A stretch of 63,881 nt of DNA, counting the filler, from Octopus bimaculoides (lineage: Eukaryota): the NCBI RefSeq assembly GCF_001194135.2. It is 5 parts of 5 records of this genome, joined end to end, with 100 filler letters (N's around TTAATTAATTAA, not from the genome) between each part and the next. Parts side by side here need not be neighbours in the genome. Positions count along the whole stretch, not along the records: positions 1 to 29,418 come from NC_068984.1; 4 more parts are not named here. One strand, written 5' to 3'. The position numbers and the translations under genes were made by a program. The notes below the pieces were generated by a model. It saw nothing but the letters and a program-made list of their open reading frames with translations. It ran no database searches and had not been told where the DNA came from. Positions within the stretch are counted from its first letter, which is position 1; every line of letters starts with the position of its first letter. Below, in pieces: positions 11,300 through 24,094 of this stretch.

Positions 11300-11680
11300 C
11301 TTCTTAATTTTATATTCCTGAAGCTCCATTAGAGCGCTAATTCGTTGAGCTGTATAAAGTGGATAACTATGCCCGGCATTTCTTCATTATTCTACACACT
11401 CACATACATACATATATATATATATATAATTAAATAATAAGGGTACAAATTGATATTAATTAGATTAACATAAATTTAAACCAGCGGCCTAGCATATTGA
11501 AAAGAATCTGAAGATTCAGAAAATTATATTACATATATATAAGGGGAATGACCACTGGGTGGATTCCTAATATGCTAAAGGTAGACCCCATATGGTCTGA
11601 CGACTAAGAAAAATTGTTCTCAAGAAAATTCACCAAACGCCAGAACGTGGTTAGACCATAGCATCTTAGGAATCTTATGT
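11300..11680 (+). mobile_element. Non-coding Penelope-type module with a degenerate hammerhead at 11315-11349
   Basis: UUC-CUGAA(ΔGA)-GCUC-CAUUA-GAGC-GCUA-AUUCGUU-GAG keeps stems I and II but the core is decayed. Blocks 11430-11535 and 11535-11635 are homologous to 38215-38430. Confidence 0.5.
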
Positions 11681-12400
11681 ATATATNNNNNNNNNNTAGA
11701 TAGATAGATAGATAATATTGAGATTATATTTGATAATCTGCTTCCGTTTATGCGTATGTGTGTACGCATGTGTGTGATTGTGTGCCTATATCTCTCTGTG
11801 TATGTGTTTTGTATAATGCGTGTGTACTTGTGTGGGTGCGTGTACAAATTTATATATACGTGTAAAAATAAAAAGTTACACCTAAAATCGTCAAGAATGT
11901 AAAGTTGAAGCAAATCTGTAATCCCTTCCAGCAATTTATTGCTGGATAGCATATAAAATAACGGGAGCTCAAGCAATTTTCTAAAAACTAGAAACATACA
12001 AAACTAAAAATATATATTTCACAGTGAACTAATATCACTTGAAATGATTATTTGAACAATAGTATTAAATGTATTTTTAAGAAAAAAAGAGACCACGCAC
12101 AACAAATTATATTCTATAAATAAAGAAATCAAACACATTGCCTCAGGTCTTAACAGAAACTATCAAAGAAGATACACTGATTATTTTAAATATATTTGTC
12201 ACTAGATCCAAAAGGAACAGAAGAAAAAACAGCATTGTGCGCAGCGAAAGTACTTCCCACGTCCGAGTGTACATGAACGTTTTAGATATGCATATATTTT
12301 TGCATGCATATATTTTATTCAACGCTATTTCGTGCGCTACTAGTTAATTAATTCCGTCATGACCAGTCTTTGTGCATCTCGACAAAAGTATTATTTGTTG

Positions 12401-12440
<40 letters not shown>

Positions 12441-13364
12441 AACCTTTCATGTAGGGCTATGAAAGACTGTCCCGGTATTCGTAGCTGAGGTCGCTTAACG
12501 ACGCAGAAATGCAGGTATCTTACGTCACTCATAGCTTACAGTGTTTCCACGAGTAATGTTTATGAGAGGAATTTTCTCTCACGACTATTTCCCAAATGAC
12601 AGGTCTTCCCATTTCCGAACGTACACGAACGTGTTAGAAATCTATTGTACGCACATATACAAACAAACGCTTTGAAGAATAGCAATCTTTTATAAATTGC
12701 TTTAAATCTCGCTTCCTTTAATAAGAATATGCATTCACACAATTTGGCATAATTGAATATTACACTACTATTACAAAACATCAACTGTTAATGCTAAGCC
12801 TCTGGTTCCTCAAAATTGCATATTTCCACAGAGGTTTCTGCATACATATAAAAGTGCATTCTAGAGAATCGACCCGTGTTTTAAACGGTGATAAATGAAG
12901 GAAAAACAATAACGCAGACATCTTTGATGAATTATGGGTGCCAAAGATTCTGCAGAAATTTCAAATTAAATTGATACAACGTTCCATACCACGAACGGAG
13001 ATCTGTACAGAAATAATAGCCTCAATATCTTCATATACAGAGGAATAACAGGTATACAGGTATAGAAAAGATTTAATAAAATTATTCATTTCAACTATCG
13101 AATGTTATACAGCGTAACGATGGAGTCTCATCAGCGAATGGTCATATTGATAATTGATTTGATGGATGACTGCCTGTTTAAGGGATTTTGGACCTTACGA
13201 AAGCAAGCTCTCGGCGGAGGGATGTACAAATGGATTATCAGCAAACGGATTAATTGATAGAGGATTCCAATGAATCCCTTCATCTATGAATTCTGCCAAT
13301 TAGGCGCCGGAGAGGTTTTTTCCTGTTTTATCCAAATTTACATTACATGGTGCATATACATACA

Positions 13365-13491
13365 CAAATGTGTGTGTGTGTGTGTGTGTGTGCGTCTGTG
13401 TCTGTGTATCTGTGTCTGTGTGAATGTGTATGTATGTATGTATGTATATTTATATATACATATATGTGCTTGCTTACATACATACATAAGC

Positions 13492-13537
<46 letters not shown>

Positions 13538-13574
13538 GGACAGACGGACGGATCGATCGATCGATCGACGACAA

Positions 13575-13629
<55 letters not shown>

Positions 13630-13643
13630 TAGATAGATAGATG

Positions 13644-13696
<53 letters not shown>

Positions 13697-13950
13697 GTAG
13701 GTAGGTAGGTAGGTAGGTAGGTAGGTAGGTAGGTAGACAGATAGATAAATAGATAGATGATGGATGGATGAATGGATGGATGGATGGATGGACAGACAGA
13801 CAGATCGACAGACAGACAGGCAAATATACAGACACATAGATGGAGAGAGAGAGAGAGAGAGAGAGACAAGCATACAGATGGATAGGTGGATAGACGGATG
13901 GATGGATGGATGGATGGATGGATGGATGGATGGATGGATGGATGGGCGGA
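13365..13950. repeat. Compound microsatellite block (TG, AGAC, AGAT, GA, AGGT, GGAT)
   Basis: Direct reading; explains the pseudo-ORFs at 13338-14055. Confidence 0.95.
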
Positions 13951-15543
13951 CGGATGTTCTTTTTCCCTTTTTAATTTGGACTTAATTCTGATCGGCCATC
14001 TCCTTGGAAATAAGATTGTGAAGGAAAGCATCTTGTTTTGTTTATTATCCTTCAAATCTTAAGGTCTTCCAGACTTTTATAGCCCCAGGCATCGCGATTA
14101 TTTTCGCCGAAGGATAACCCACAAGTTACGTGTTTGTTTGCCTGCCTGCCTGCCTGTCTGTCAGCCTGTCTGTCTATCTGTCTGTCTGCTTGTCTGTCTG
14201 CCTGTCTGTAGGTATGTATGTATGTATGTATGTGTGTATGTAGGTATGTATGTGTTTATGCGTCCATTCACGCATACACACTTAGCTCTTGTTTATTCCG
14301 TTTTCATTCCGGGGTTTTGTTGTTGATAAATGTGTATTGTTGATATCTATTCAGGTCAAATGCTAATCGCAACAGTTAAGAAGGGTTTGAAGAAAGAATA
14401 TGAAGCGAAAAATAAATATTTTATTAATTTTCGAGAAGCTTCTAAGAGTCTCTCAGAATTTTATTTGGTTGTTGCCTGCGTGATTAATGTCGGCTGCAGC
14501 AATCACGTGATTTTCTATTGGGAAAGTTAATGTCGTTGTTCTTGGTTTTTGTCCTTGTTGCTGTTGTTGTTTTTGGAACAGTAGTTGGGGATGGTGGTGG
14601 TGGTGGTGCTGCTGCTGCTGCTGCTGCTGCTGATGGCGGCCGTGGAGGCANNNNNNNNNNNNNNNNNNNNNNNNNNNNNNNNNNNNNNNNNNNNNNNNNN
14701 NNNNNNNNNNNNNNNNNNNNNNNNNNNNNNNNNNNNNNNNNNNNNNNNNNNNNNNNNNNNNNNNNNNNNNNNNNNNNNNNNNNNNNNNNNNNNNNNNNNN
14801 NNNNNNNNNNNNNNNNNNNNNNNNNNNNNNNNNNNNNNNNNNNNNNNNNNNNNNNNNNNNNNNNNNNNNNNNNNNNNNNNNNNNNNNNNNNNNNNNNNNN
14901 NNNNNNNNNNNNNNNNNNNNNNNNNNNNNNNNNNNNNNNNNNNNNNNNNNNNNNNNNNNNNNNNNNNNNNNNNNNNNNNNNNNNNNNNNNNNNNNNNNNN
15001 NNNNNNNNNNNNNNNNNNNNNNNNNNNNNNNNNNNNNNNNNNNNNNNNNNNNNNNNNNNNNNNNNNNNNNNNNNNNNNNNNNNNNNNNNNNNNNNNNNNN
15101 NNNNNNNNNNNNNNNNNNNNNNNNNNNNNNNNNNNNNNNNNNNNNNNNNNNNNNNNNNNNNNNNNNNNNNNNNNNNNNNNNNNNNNNNNNNNNNNNNNNN
15201 NNNNNNNNNNNNNNNNNNNNNNNNNNNNNNNNNNNNNNNNNNNNNNNNNNNNNNNNNNNNNNNNNNNNNNNNNNNNNNNNNNNNNNNNNNNNNNNNNNNN
15301 NNNNNNNNNNNNNNNNNNNNNNNNNNNNNNNNNNNNNNNNNNNNNNNNNNNNNNNNNNNNNNNNNNNNNNNNNNNNNNNNNNNNNNNNNNNNNNNNNNNN
15401 NNNNNNNNNNNNNNNNNNNNNNNNNNNNNNNNNNNNNNNNNNNNNNNNNNNNNNNNNNNNNNNNNNNNNNNNNNNNNNNNNNNNNNNNNNNNNNNNNNNN
15501 NNNNNNNNNNNNNNNNNNNNNNNNNNNNNNNNNNNCGGCGGAG

Positions 15544-15576
<33 letters not shown>

Positions 15577-17544
15577 GAGGCGGTGACAATGGTGGTTGTG
15601 ATACTAGAGTTGATGATGGCAGTGATGCTGGTGATTACAATAGTGATGGAAGCGCTATTAGTGGTTGCGATACTATTGTTCTTAGCATTATTGGTGGGTG
15701 GTGGTCATGGCGGTCTAAGCCAGACATTTCTGATTGAATGCACCGATCATCAAAGACATTCTAAATATTACTATATCATTTTAAGTCAAAAATATTAAAT
15801 CTAGAACTACATTATCCAAGATAACTTTTATTTTCTTTCAAAGTAGATAGGAGGTTCACTGCTATTTCTAGCAAAGTTTCGTCTGTATTTTGTTAGTGGT
15901 GCTGATATTGGGATGGTGTCTATGGCGGGGTTATCATGATAGCAGTGACAGAGATTGTAATTATGATAACAGAAATGTGAGGTGGAGTAGAGTAGGGTGT
16001 TTTTAGCACGAAATCGGCTATGCACGAGTAGATCTGTAACAAAAGACGTTCCATTTGTGACTGTGCCGTCTGACTGCATTTTTAAGATTATATTATTCAA
16101 TATGTCTTTTGTTTTATTTTGTCTTTTTGCTTCTTTTTTTTTTATCATAGACGAAAAAAAAGTCATAATCATATCCTGAAGAATCTAACACTACGAAAAC
16201 TGCAATAAATCCCACAATTTTATCGTAACCGCTGATGAAATCCTAAGGAATCGACTGGAACCAGCCTGGCTGATCTCCCTTTTTTGTGCCCACTAGGATA
16301 ATGTATGTAGATTGTTTACGTCTCCGTGTCTGTCACATACAGAATTGACTAAAAAGAAATCTACAGATATATTCTGTATAACATTGCAACAGAACACTGT
16401 TAAGGCGCCAATAACGAAATATTAACGAACTAGCCGCCAATGAATGTCTTATATGTGCAAATTTGTCCACTAGATTTTCTTAAAACCTTAGTAATAGTGA
16501 ATTTAGTAGTTATAGAAAATACGGAGTCACTGCTGTGATCTCAACACAAGATCGACATTAGTTCGATTGACCGCTCCTCTGTTCACGAAAATATTGTAAT
16601 ATAAAGTCAAGGAGTTTACACCTGTCTATCAATGTCTATTCAATGTCGGCTAAATTCTGTAAATATATTTCGAGCTACAACATAACACTGGAGCCAGTAA
16701 TTACTATAACTTTATCTTCCATCTTTTCGCTGTCTTTTGTTATTGTTTTTGGTATTGTTATTAGATTCTTCCTTTGTATATCTGCTGTAACAGTTTTTTT
16801 TTTTTCTCTCGGCATTATCTTTGTTCATTAAAGACGTTAATCTCGTCACATCACGCAAACAAGAGACACTCGTCAATTATGCAAATTCACAGCCTTCTTA
16901 AAGCAATAAACTAGATCATTCTCTTTGATACATAATTTAACAGGAAAGAATGACTGTGAGATTGCTGGGGGATATTTTTTTTATTTGTCCACTTTATACA
17001 AATTCTGCAAACATCCGACGCCGCGTGAAGGTAAAACCAGGTAGCCACTATATTGTCAGCGTTTCGTGTCAAAAAAGACACGATATCCGATAAATATAGA
17101 CGTGGGGCAAAAGCTGAGTTCGTTACATGTGTAGCCATTGGCCTCGTTCTTTGTTAATGCAATTACAGTTAAGCTATAGATGTCCTTGAGAAAAGCATGA
17201 CTTTTATTTTCAGTCATCTCTTCTTGCACTAAAAGCATATAACCTTCAAGTAGAATCAATGAAGATCGTTGCTCTTCTTTTCAAAACGATTTAGTCAAAC
17301 GATTTAGTGAAAAAAAAAGTATTACGACTTCAGCTAAAGCTATACTAAGTCATCGCCTTACATTTCAACCATATTCCACTCGGCTTGTTTCTCTTTTCTC
17401 TTCCATATTCGTTCTTATAATCCTAATAACACTTTACGCGGAGAATCCTATCAGTTAAATCGTTCGTGATATGATTAATGGTGTTACATCTTGTCATAAA
17501 TATGGTATCGAAGTGTTGCGGCTTTCTACGTTTGACTGACACGA

Positions 17545-17885
17545 CTGTATATAATATAAATTGTTTATAATACAATATCACGTGATTGACCAGGCTATCG
17601 GATGCTGTTATACATCGCTGGTCACAGTACGCTTTACATCGTTTTAGCTTTCGAAAGGTGCCACCCCGCTGGCTAGGCATGCAGGCCAACACTTCCCCTG
17701 ATCAGAAAGCCAGTCCGTTATTGGGTTACCTATTTACAGTGGAGTGGAGTGGAGTGGAGTGAAGTGGAGTGGAGCTACGTAAAATGAAGTGTTTGCTCAA
17801 GAACACAATTCGCCGCTCGGCCGAGGAATCGAACATACGATCTGGCGATCGTGAGTGCAACACTCTAACCGTAAGGCCACCTACC
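17545..17885 (-). mobile_element. tRNA-derived SINE family D
   Basis: Minus-strand head GGTGGCCTTACGGTTAGAGTGTTGCACTCACGATC...GTTCGATTCCTCGGCC. The body matches 47400-47512 (GCGATGTATAACA). Confidence 0.75.
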
Positions 17886-17977
17886 TTCACTAAATGATAC
17901 ACTATAACATTTAAAAATTATGTCTAACCTGTCCCGCTCTGCTAAGAGACCGACTAACTATCAGTTTAAGTTTGTTG

Positions 17978-20330
17978 CTCAGTGTTAGTGGTATGATGCA
18001 CAGTACAAAGGTCAGTGGGGACAGGCAGTCCCTTTAGAAGATGCCCTTCCTAATTTCTATTGTCCCTAAACTTCTATATGCTGTCAGGTCTGTCCTCCAC
18101 TTCGCCATACTTTCTCCAAGCAATCGCTCAGCATTCGATGCAATACCAAATAGGTTCATACACTCCATAAACCAAGACTGTGGGATCGTATCGTACGCCT
18201 TACGATAGTCGATCCATGACATGGCTAAGTTAGTTTTTCTCTTCTTGTAATCTCTATATGTAGTTCTGTCTACCAGGAGTTGATAATCGGTACCTCTGCA
18301 CTTACGCTTGCAACCCTTCTGCTCATGTGGCAGATCTCCATACACTGACTCTGCGACTATTCCTGTCAATAATTTCCAAATAAGTGGCAAACAGGATATC
18401 GGCCTGTAATTGTCTACCGTATTGACATTTTCGATGGTTTTTTAGGCACAGGACTGTCCTACCCATTGTCAACTATTCTGGTGTTAGTTGGTCAGCATTT
18501 AACAAGGCGTTGAGTTGCGCAGCTATTCGTGCATGACATTCACCAAATCTTTTGATCTAGTAGCCTTGTACTCCATCTGGTCCCGGAGCCTTCCAGTTGC
18601 TCATTTCTTTTTTTTTGTTTTGTTAATTTCCTTCACTTCCCTAACTGAGATGACTAGTTCTGCCTGTTGTGGACAGACTACTGTTTGTTTCAGTTCTTGC
18701 AACCATTCAGCATCCTTCTTGTGCTCCTTGTCTTTGCTCCAGATGTCACTCCAAACCCTTTGACTTTCAATGTTATCTGGTATCAACTTTTCCTCTGTAC
18801 ACTCTCCAATTATTTCTTTGTAGAATCTCTTCTGATCTACCCTGAATAGCTTATTCTGGTGGTGACCCTTCATTCTTTGGTCATATTTTACCATCTTTGC
18901 TTTCTTTGCAACGAGGCGCTATTTCAGTTCCTCCATTTCTTCATTCAGGCCCTTTCTTTCAATATCATAATTCCTGTTCAGTGCCCTGTTTTTTTTTTTG
19001 TTCGCTTTTAAGCTTTTCTGTCGGTTAATATAAAGATCTTCACCCGTTAACAAAAACAAAAAACAAAACAGGCTATGACAAAAAACAATTTGCATAACGA
19101 ATGTGAAGCGGTGGGGAGACGACTTTCGGAAAATTCACAAGATCCGATTTTTCCGTCATAACTTTCGGGAAAATGGATATATATTGATTTTTTTTACGGA
19201 ATCCCATGTTTTTGGTTTTTGGTCCTCACCTCCCCCCAGGTTCGTTTGCGCAAATTCTTTTTATCATATTCCTTTACTACACAGTTGTTAACACCCAGCA
19301 GGTTGGGTTTTTTGTTTGTTTGTTTTTTTTGTTAACGGGTGAAGATCTTTATATTAACCGAAATGTCTTTCGAAAACATATCTAACCATGCCTGTATTCT
19401 TCTTTTCCATCATGGATATTTTCTTTTGGCACTCCCATTATATTTCTTTTTCTTGACATCAACACCCACATTTGCTGCTACAACAATACTTGCTGCTTTG
19501 ATCAAATTGTTTGTTTCTGTGATGTTTTTTGTTCTGATGTATTTCAGAATTTCATTCACATTTTTCGTTTCTTGTTTCAATTTCCACCGATCAACCTTTT
19601 TAAGGTTGCAAATAATGTCGCTATCGTTCTCCTGTAGTCTTGCCCTTATTCTGTCGTTAATTGCCTTTTGCCCATCTATCATGTCACCATTAGTTTTATT
19701 GTTTTCTTCCAAACCATTTTTATGTCTCTCATCGACCAAATCATCACTGTTCCTTTCCTGTGGTTTATTAGAGATTTCACCTCTTTTTTCTTCTATGAGA
19801 TTACTTTTAACAGTAGGAACTGTATTTTCATCGTTACCTCTGCTGCTGTTTTCCAATACCCGCCTTTTGATAGCTTCGAGCTCTACTTCTGTGAACCAAC
19901 GATTCTTTTTTTTTTTACTTTAGCTTTATCACATAATCTGTGTTCCGTGAGTTGAAACAATCCTCTGTCTCTCCATTAATCATACATACGTTGTTGGTAT
20001 CCCCTCAGATGAACACCATTTTCATCTGTAGGGTTGCTCAGACAGTAACACTCCATGACCACAGCATTGACTTGTTTGTTCCATCTACGTTGTGCGTGCT
20101 GCTCCCTTGCTGGATAGCGACAGGCTGGAGTCGTACCAGTATCTCTAAGCCTGCCGGATGCAACACTGTCACCATCAAGGGCTTCAGTTTCATTACCACC
20201 GTTACTCACAATATTTTGTCTTTTCATTGTCACTCCTATGAGGTAGCGATTATCAGGTTGCGCAATTACCAGTGCTTTTATTGTGACACCATCACTAGAT
20301 GTATCAACAATCAGAGCATAGTGAGATTCC
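17978..20330 (-). mobile_element. R4/Dong-clade non-LTR retrotransposon, decayed, 5' region present, truncated within the RT
   Basis: Pieces read RRWNKQVNAVVMECY...[89 protein letters not shown] and KGIF*RDCLSPLTFVLCIIPL, all hallmarks of R4-type RT. The YMDD motif and RLE domain are absent. Confidence 0.9.
19021..19361. mobile_element. 341-bp MITE inserted in the R4 element
   Basis: TIR TCGGTTAATATAAAGATCTTCACCCGTTAACAAAAA at 19021 and its exact complement ending at 19361. The R4 frame (…KDIS…) continues across the insertion. No clear TSD. Confidence 0.9.
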
Positions 20331-20401
20331 AATTGCTTCTTGCATTACTATCATTATCATCACAGAGGAAATATTAACAATGACAAATAGTAAAAAAATG
20401 A

Positions 20402-20402
20402 A

Positions 20403-20468
<66 letters not shown>

Positions 20469-20475
20469 CATTATG

Positions 20476-20518
<43 letters not shown>
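20402..20518. repeat. Head-to-head (AAT)n / (ATT)n microsatellite palindrome
   Basis: (AAT)n at 20402-20468, CATTATG, (ATT)n at 20476-20518. Confidence 0.95.
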
Positions 20519-20519
<1 letters not shown>

Positions 20520-23500
20520 AGTACGTAGTAATAATATAAACTTGTGTTTATCGTAATTTCTCATATACACACACACAAATATATACATGTTTGTATGTGT
20601 GCGTATATACGAATGTATGTATGTATGTCAATATTCAGTTTTATTTCAAGATTTCTTGCCAGTAGAGAAAGAGCCTGTTGTATGTATGTATGTATGTATA
20701 TATGTATGTATGTGTGTATGTGCATCAGCAAAAATACGATATTGTTTTAATTTCGACTTTTCGCTCTATCACTTATCGAGCCAAGATGTCTACCTGATAA
20801 TCGTAATGCTAATTAAAAAAATATTCACATGAATATTATTCTTTGTAATTATCATCTTACCATCATTCTTAAAATTGTTCTCATACGCAAAAATGGTTAT
20901 CACCTCTTCTTTTTTTTTTTCCTTTTGCGATATTTTCTTCATTAATTTTTGGTAGCGCCAATTCTGTCATATCTATCGAAACGATTCCAAATAGTTTTCT
21001 AACAGATGTACTAATTAACCTGTTCGTATTAACCTTTCCGAGATCAACAATATGCTAGGAGCACCCACATTTACAATATCAACCATGGTTTGATAATTTA
21101 AAGAAAAAAAGTTACCAAGATACCAATCTCTTCTTTTGAGTTTCTTGTAGTGTCATTTGAACTCCTCCTTCTCAGGAATATTTCTTTGAGAGAAGAGACC
21201 GACGTAGAGACATTAGAGAGCTTTCAACAGCTGTGCAATGGGAAGGGTTAAAACATCGGTTTTGTAATAGGATTTACGCATGAAATAGTTATATGCAGTC
21301 TCCATTATAAATGCTTCCAGCAGCTGTGGACTTGAAAGGGGTTACAAATGGCGTAGCCACAGCAACCAAGCTAACCATAAGCAGCGATTGATAGACTTGC
21401 TACATAAAAGCATTTAGTTTTTAATAGCATTGTCAATGTTTCAGGTCTTGGTGGTGGTGGTGGTGGTGATGCTGCCGGGGGTGAAGGTGGTGGTGAAGCT
21501 GGAGGTCGTCGTCGTTGCTGTTGTGGTCACGTTAGTGGTGGTGGTGGGGAGGTAGTTGCAATGGAGGTTGGTGTGATGAGGCTGAAGAGGTGGTTGTGTT
21601 GCTGTCGATAATGGTGATGCTCCCGAAGACGACTACGACGACGACGATAATTACGATCGGTGATTACGGTGGTGGTGGTGGTAGTGGTGGTCATGGTAGT
21701 GGTGGCGGCGGCGGCGGCGGCGGCGGNNNNNNNNNNNNNNNNNNNNNNNNNNNNNNNNNNNNNNNNNNNNNNNNNNNNNNNNNNNNNNNNNNNNNNNNNN
21801 NNNNNNNNNNNNNNNNNNNNNNNNNNNNNNNNNNNNNNNNNNNNNNNNNNNNNNNNNNNNNNNNNNNNNNNNNNNNNNNNNNNNNNNNNNNNNNNNNNNN
21901 NNNNNNNNNNNNNNNNNNNNNNNNNNNNNNNNNNNNNNNNNNNNNNNNNNNNNNNNNNNNNNNNNNNNNNNNNNNNNNNNNNNNNNNNNNNNNNNNNNNN
22001 NNNNNNNNNNNNNNNNNNNNNNNNNNNNNNNNNNNNNNNNNNNNNNNNNNNNNNNNNNNNNNNNNNNNNNNNNNNNNNNNNNNNNNNNNNNNNNNNNNNN
22101 NNNNNNNNNNNNNNNNNNNNNNNNNNNNNNNNNNNNNNNNNNNNNNNNNNNNNNNNNNNNNNNNNNNNNNNNNNNNNNNNNNNNNNNNNNNNNNNNNNNN
22201 NNNNNNNNNNNNNNNNNNNNNNNNNNNNGTGGTGGTGATGGTTGCGGTAGTAGTGGATGTGGTGGTGGTGGTGGCGGTAGTAGTGGTGGTGGTGGTGGTG
22301 GTGGTGTATTTAGTTTCCTCCACTTCAAAACAGTTTATAAACCATAATAACACATTTCGGCCAGATAAAAGGGGGAAATATATCATATTGTTTCGAAATT
22401 CCGAACTTTTCTTTTTCCTTCTTTTCGTCGTCATCTCTGTTGTTGCTATTGCTGCTGCTGCTGCTGCTGCTGCTGCAACTGCTGCTGCTGTTGTTGTTGT
22501 TGTTGTTGTTGTTGCCGTCATTGTAGTTCTTTTCATCTGTAATATGTGCTAGCGTCTCTCTATTTTCTACATGTTAGACAATATTTCCAACAGCCAATAG
22601 CTTCATTAGTCAAACTATATTTAGTTATTAGCATAAATAATATATAAAGCTCTCGTTAGTTTTCGGAGTTTCCCGTGAACTTTTAACACAATAACCTCCT
22701 TCATTGATTGATTCACATCTTGAATCCTTAATATCTGCAGAACTCTTTCAGCCTAATAAAGCAACACTCTTTCATAAGTGGCATAAATCAGAGAGGTCAT
22801 CTGGAGCTAACAGACTAGATACATGTTCCAAAAATATCTTTATACCAAAATATACGAAGAAAATATCTATGTTATTGTTATTATTATTATTTCATTTATT
22901 GAAATCTAGTTAACAATTTCTTTTTCTTTCGTTATATAAATTACTTTATTACTACATAAAAAGAATCTAGACTTTCGATACGTTCCACACCAAAATTATA
23001 ATACCTGATTTAGCGTCTGAAGATTTCTTGAAGTGCAAAGGTTAAAAGATTTCTGTAATTTCTGTTAAAATCCTTTCAACATGAATTGCCTGTAAAAGGT
23101 AGCGGGCGGGGGAGCGGTTGCTAATATTTAATACCGTGATGTTATAATCATATTTGATAGCATTCCATTTACAATTTCCACTAAGAAGATTATAACTGTT
23201 ACAAACAGCAACTTCTGTTTAACTATATTTCATTTCACTAAGCTTTTCTAGAGAGGAAAAGAATATTCAAGATTATTTCACCAAGCAGTCGGAAAGATGG
23301 CCGCCATTTGTATCCCTTGGAACTAAACGTAGAAGATTATCTGCCTTTTATTTGATACGCCCACCATTTGTTTGTAATAAAGCACCAAATAAAAGAGAGA
23401 TCACTTGGTCATAATCTATAGCTTTATTTAGATTCTATGATATCAAAATTGCTTTCCCTCCGACTATGTCTCCACTTCCTCATCCCTCCCCCCCCNNNNN

Positions 23501-24062
23501 NNNNNNNNNNNNNNNNNNNCCCCCCCCCCCTTTATCTCTTCTATTTCGTCCTCTTCACTTTTTCTTCTCTCCCTCTCTCGTCTCTGTCCCGCTTTCCTTT
23601 CTCTGCTAATCATTGTTTTATGTAACAACGCTCTGTTGTTCCTCTTCATTTCGTTTTCTCGACATAAGGAATATAAAACATGTTTAAAGGGATTATTGTC
23701 GACGAGAAGGCTTTTAAATCGAAACAATCTTAAGCTGAGTTCTTATTAAAGCGAAACAGTGTTATGTCGAGGCGATCTATAAGTTTACAATACATATACA
23801 TACCATAAATAGATAAATATATATATGCTTACATAACATACATCCACACATACATACACACAAACATATAACAATGTGTGCGTGTGTATGACCAACTGGG
23901 ACTACATAGGCTAAAGGCTAAAATAGGGGAAATCCGTTGCACACACACTCACACAGACACACACACACACACACACACACACACANNNNNNNNNNNNNAT
24001 ATATATAAGCAATGTTAAATCTCTGAACGAGGTGTTAACAGTAACTGCACGATAAAGTGAAG

Positions 24063-24094
<32 letters not shown>

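Noticed and set aside
14518-15798. Apparent signal-peptide, Gly/Ala-rich protein
   Set aside because: Built from GTT/GGT/GCT/GCGGAG repeats on both sides of an ~885-N gap; no splice or homology support.
17045-17100. Minus-strand hairpin GTGTC-T6-GACAC followed by GAAAC, inside a CTATATT/AATATAG stem, resembling a hammerhead
   Set aside because: The upstream core reads CGGAUAU, three or more changes from CUGANGA, and there is no NUH. A plain hairpin explains it.
20230-20330. Possible HDV-like ribozyme at the R4 5' end (CTACCTCATAGG)
   Set aside because: I could not assemble P1.1, P2 and P4 of the double pseudoknot.
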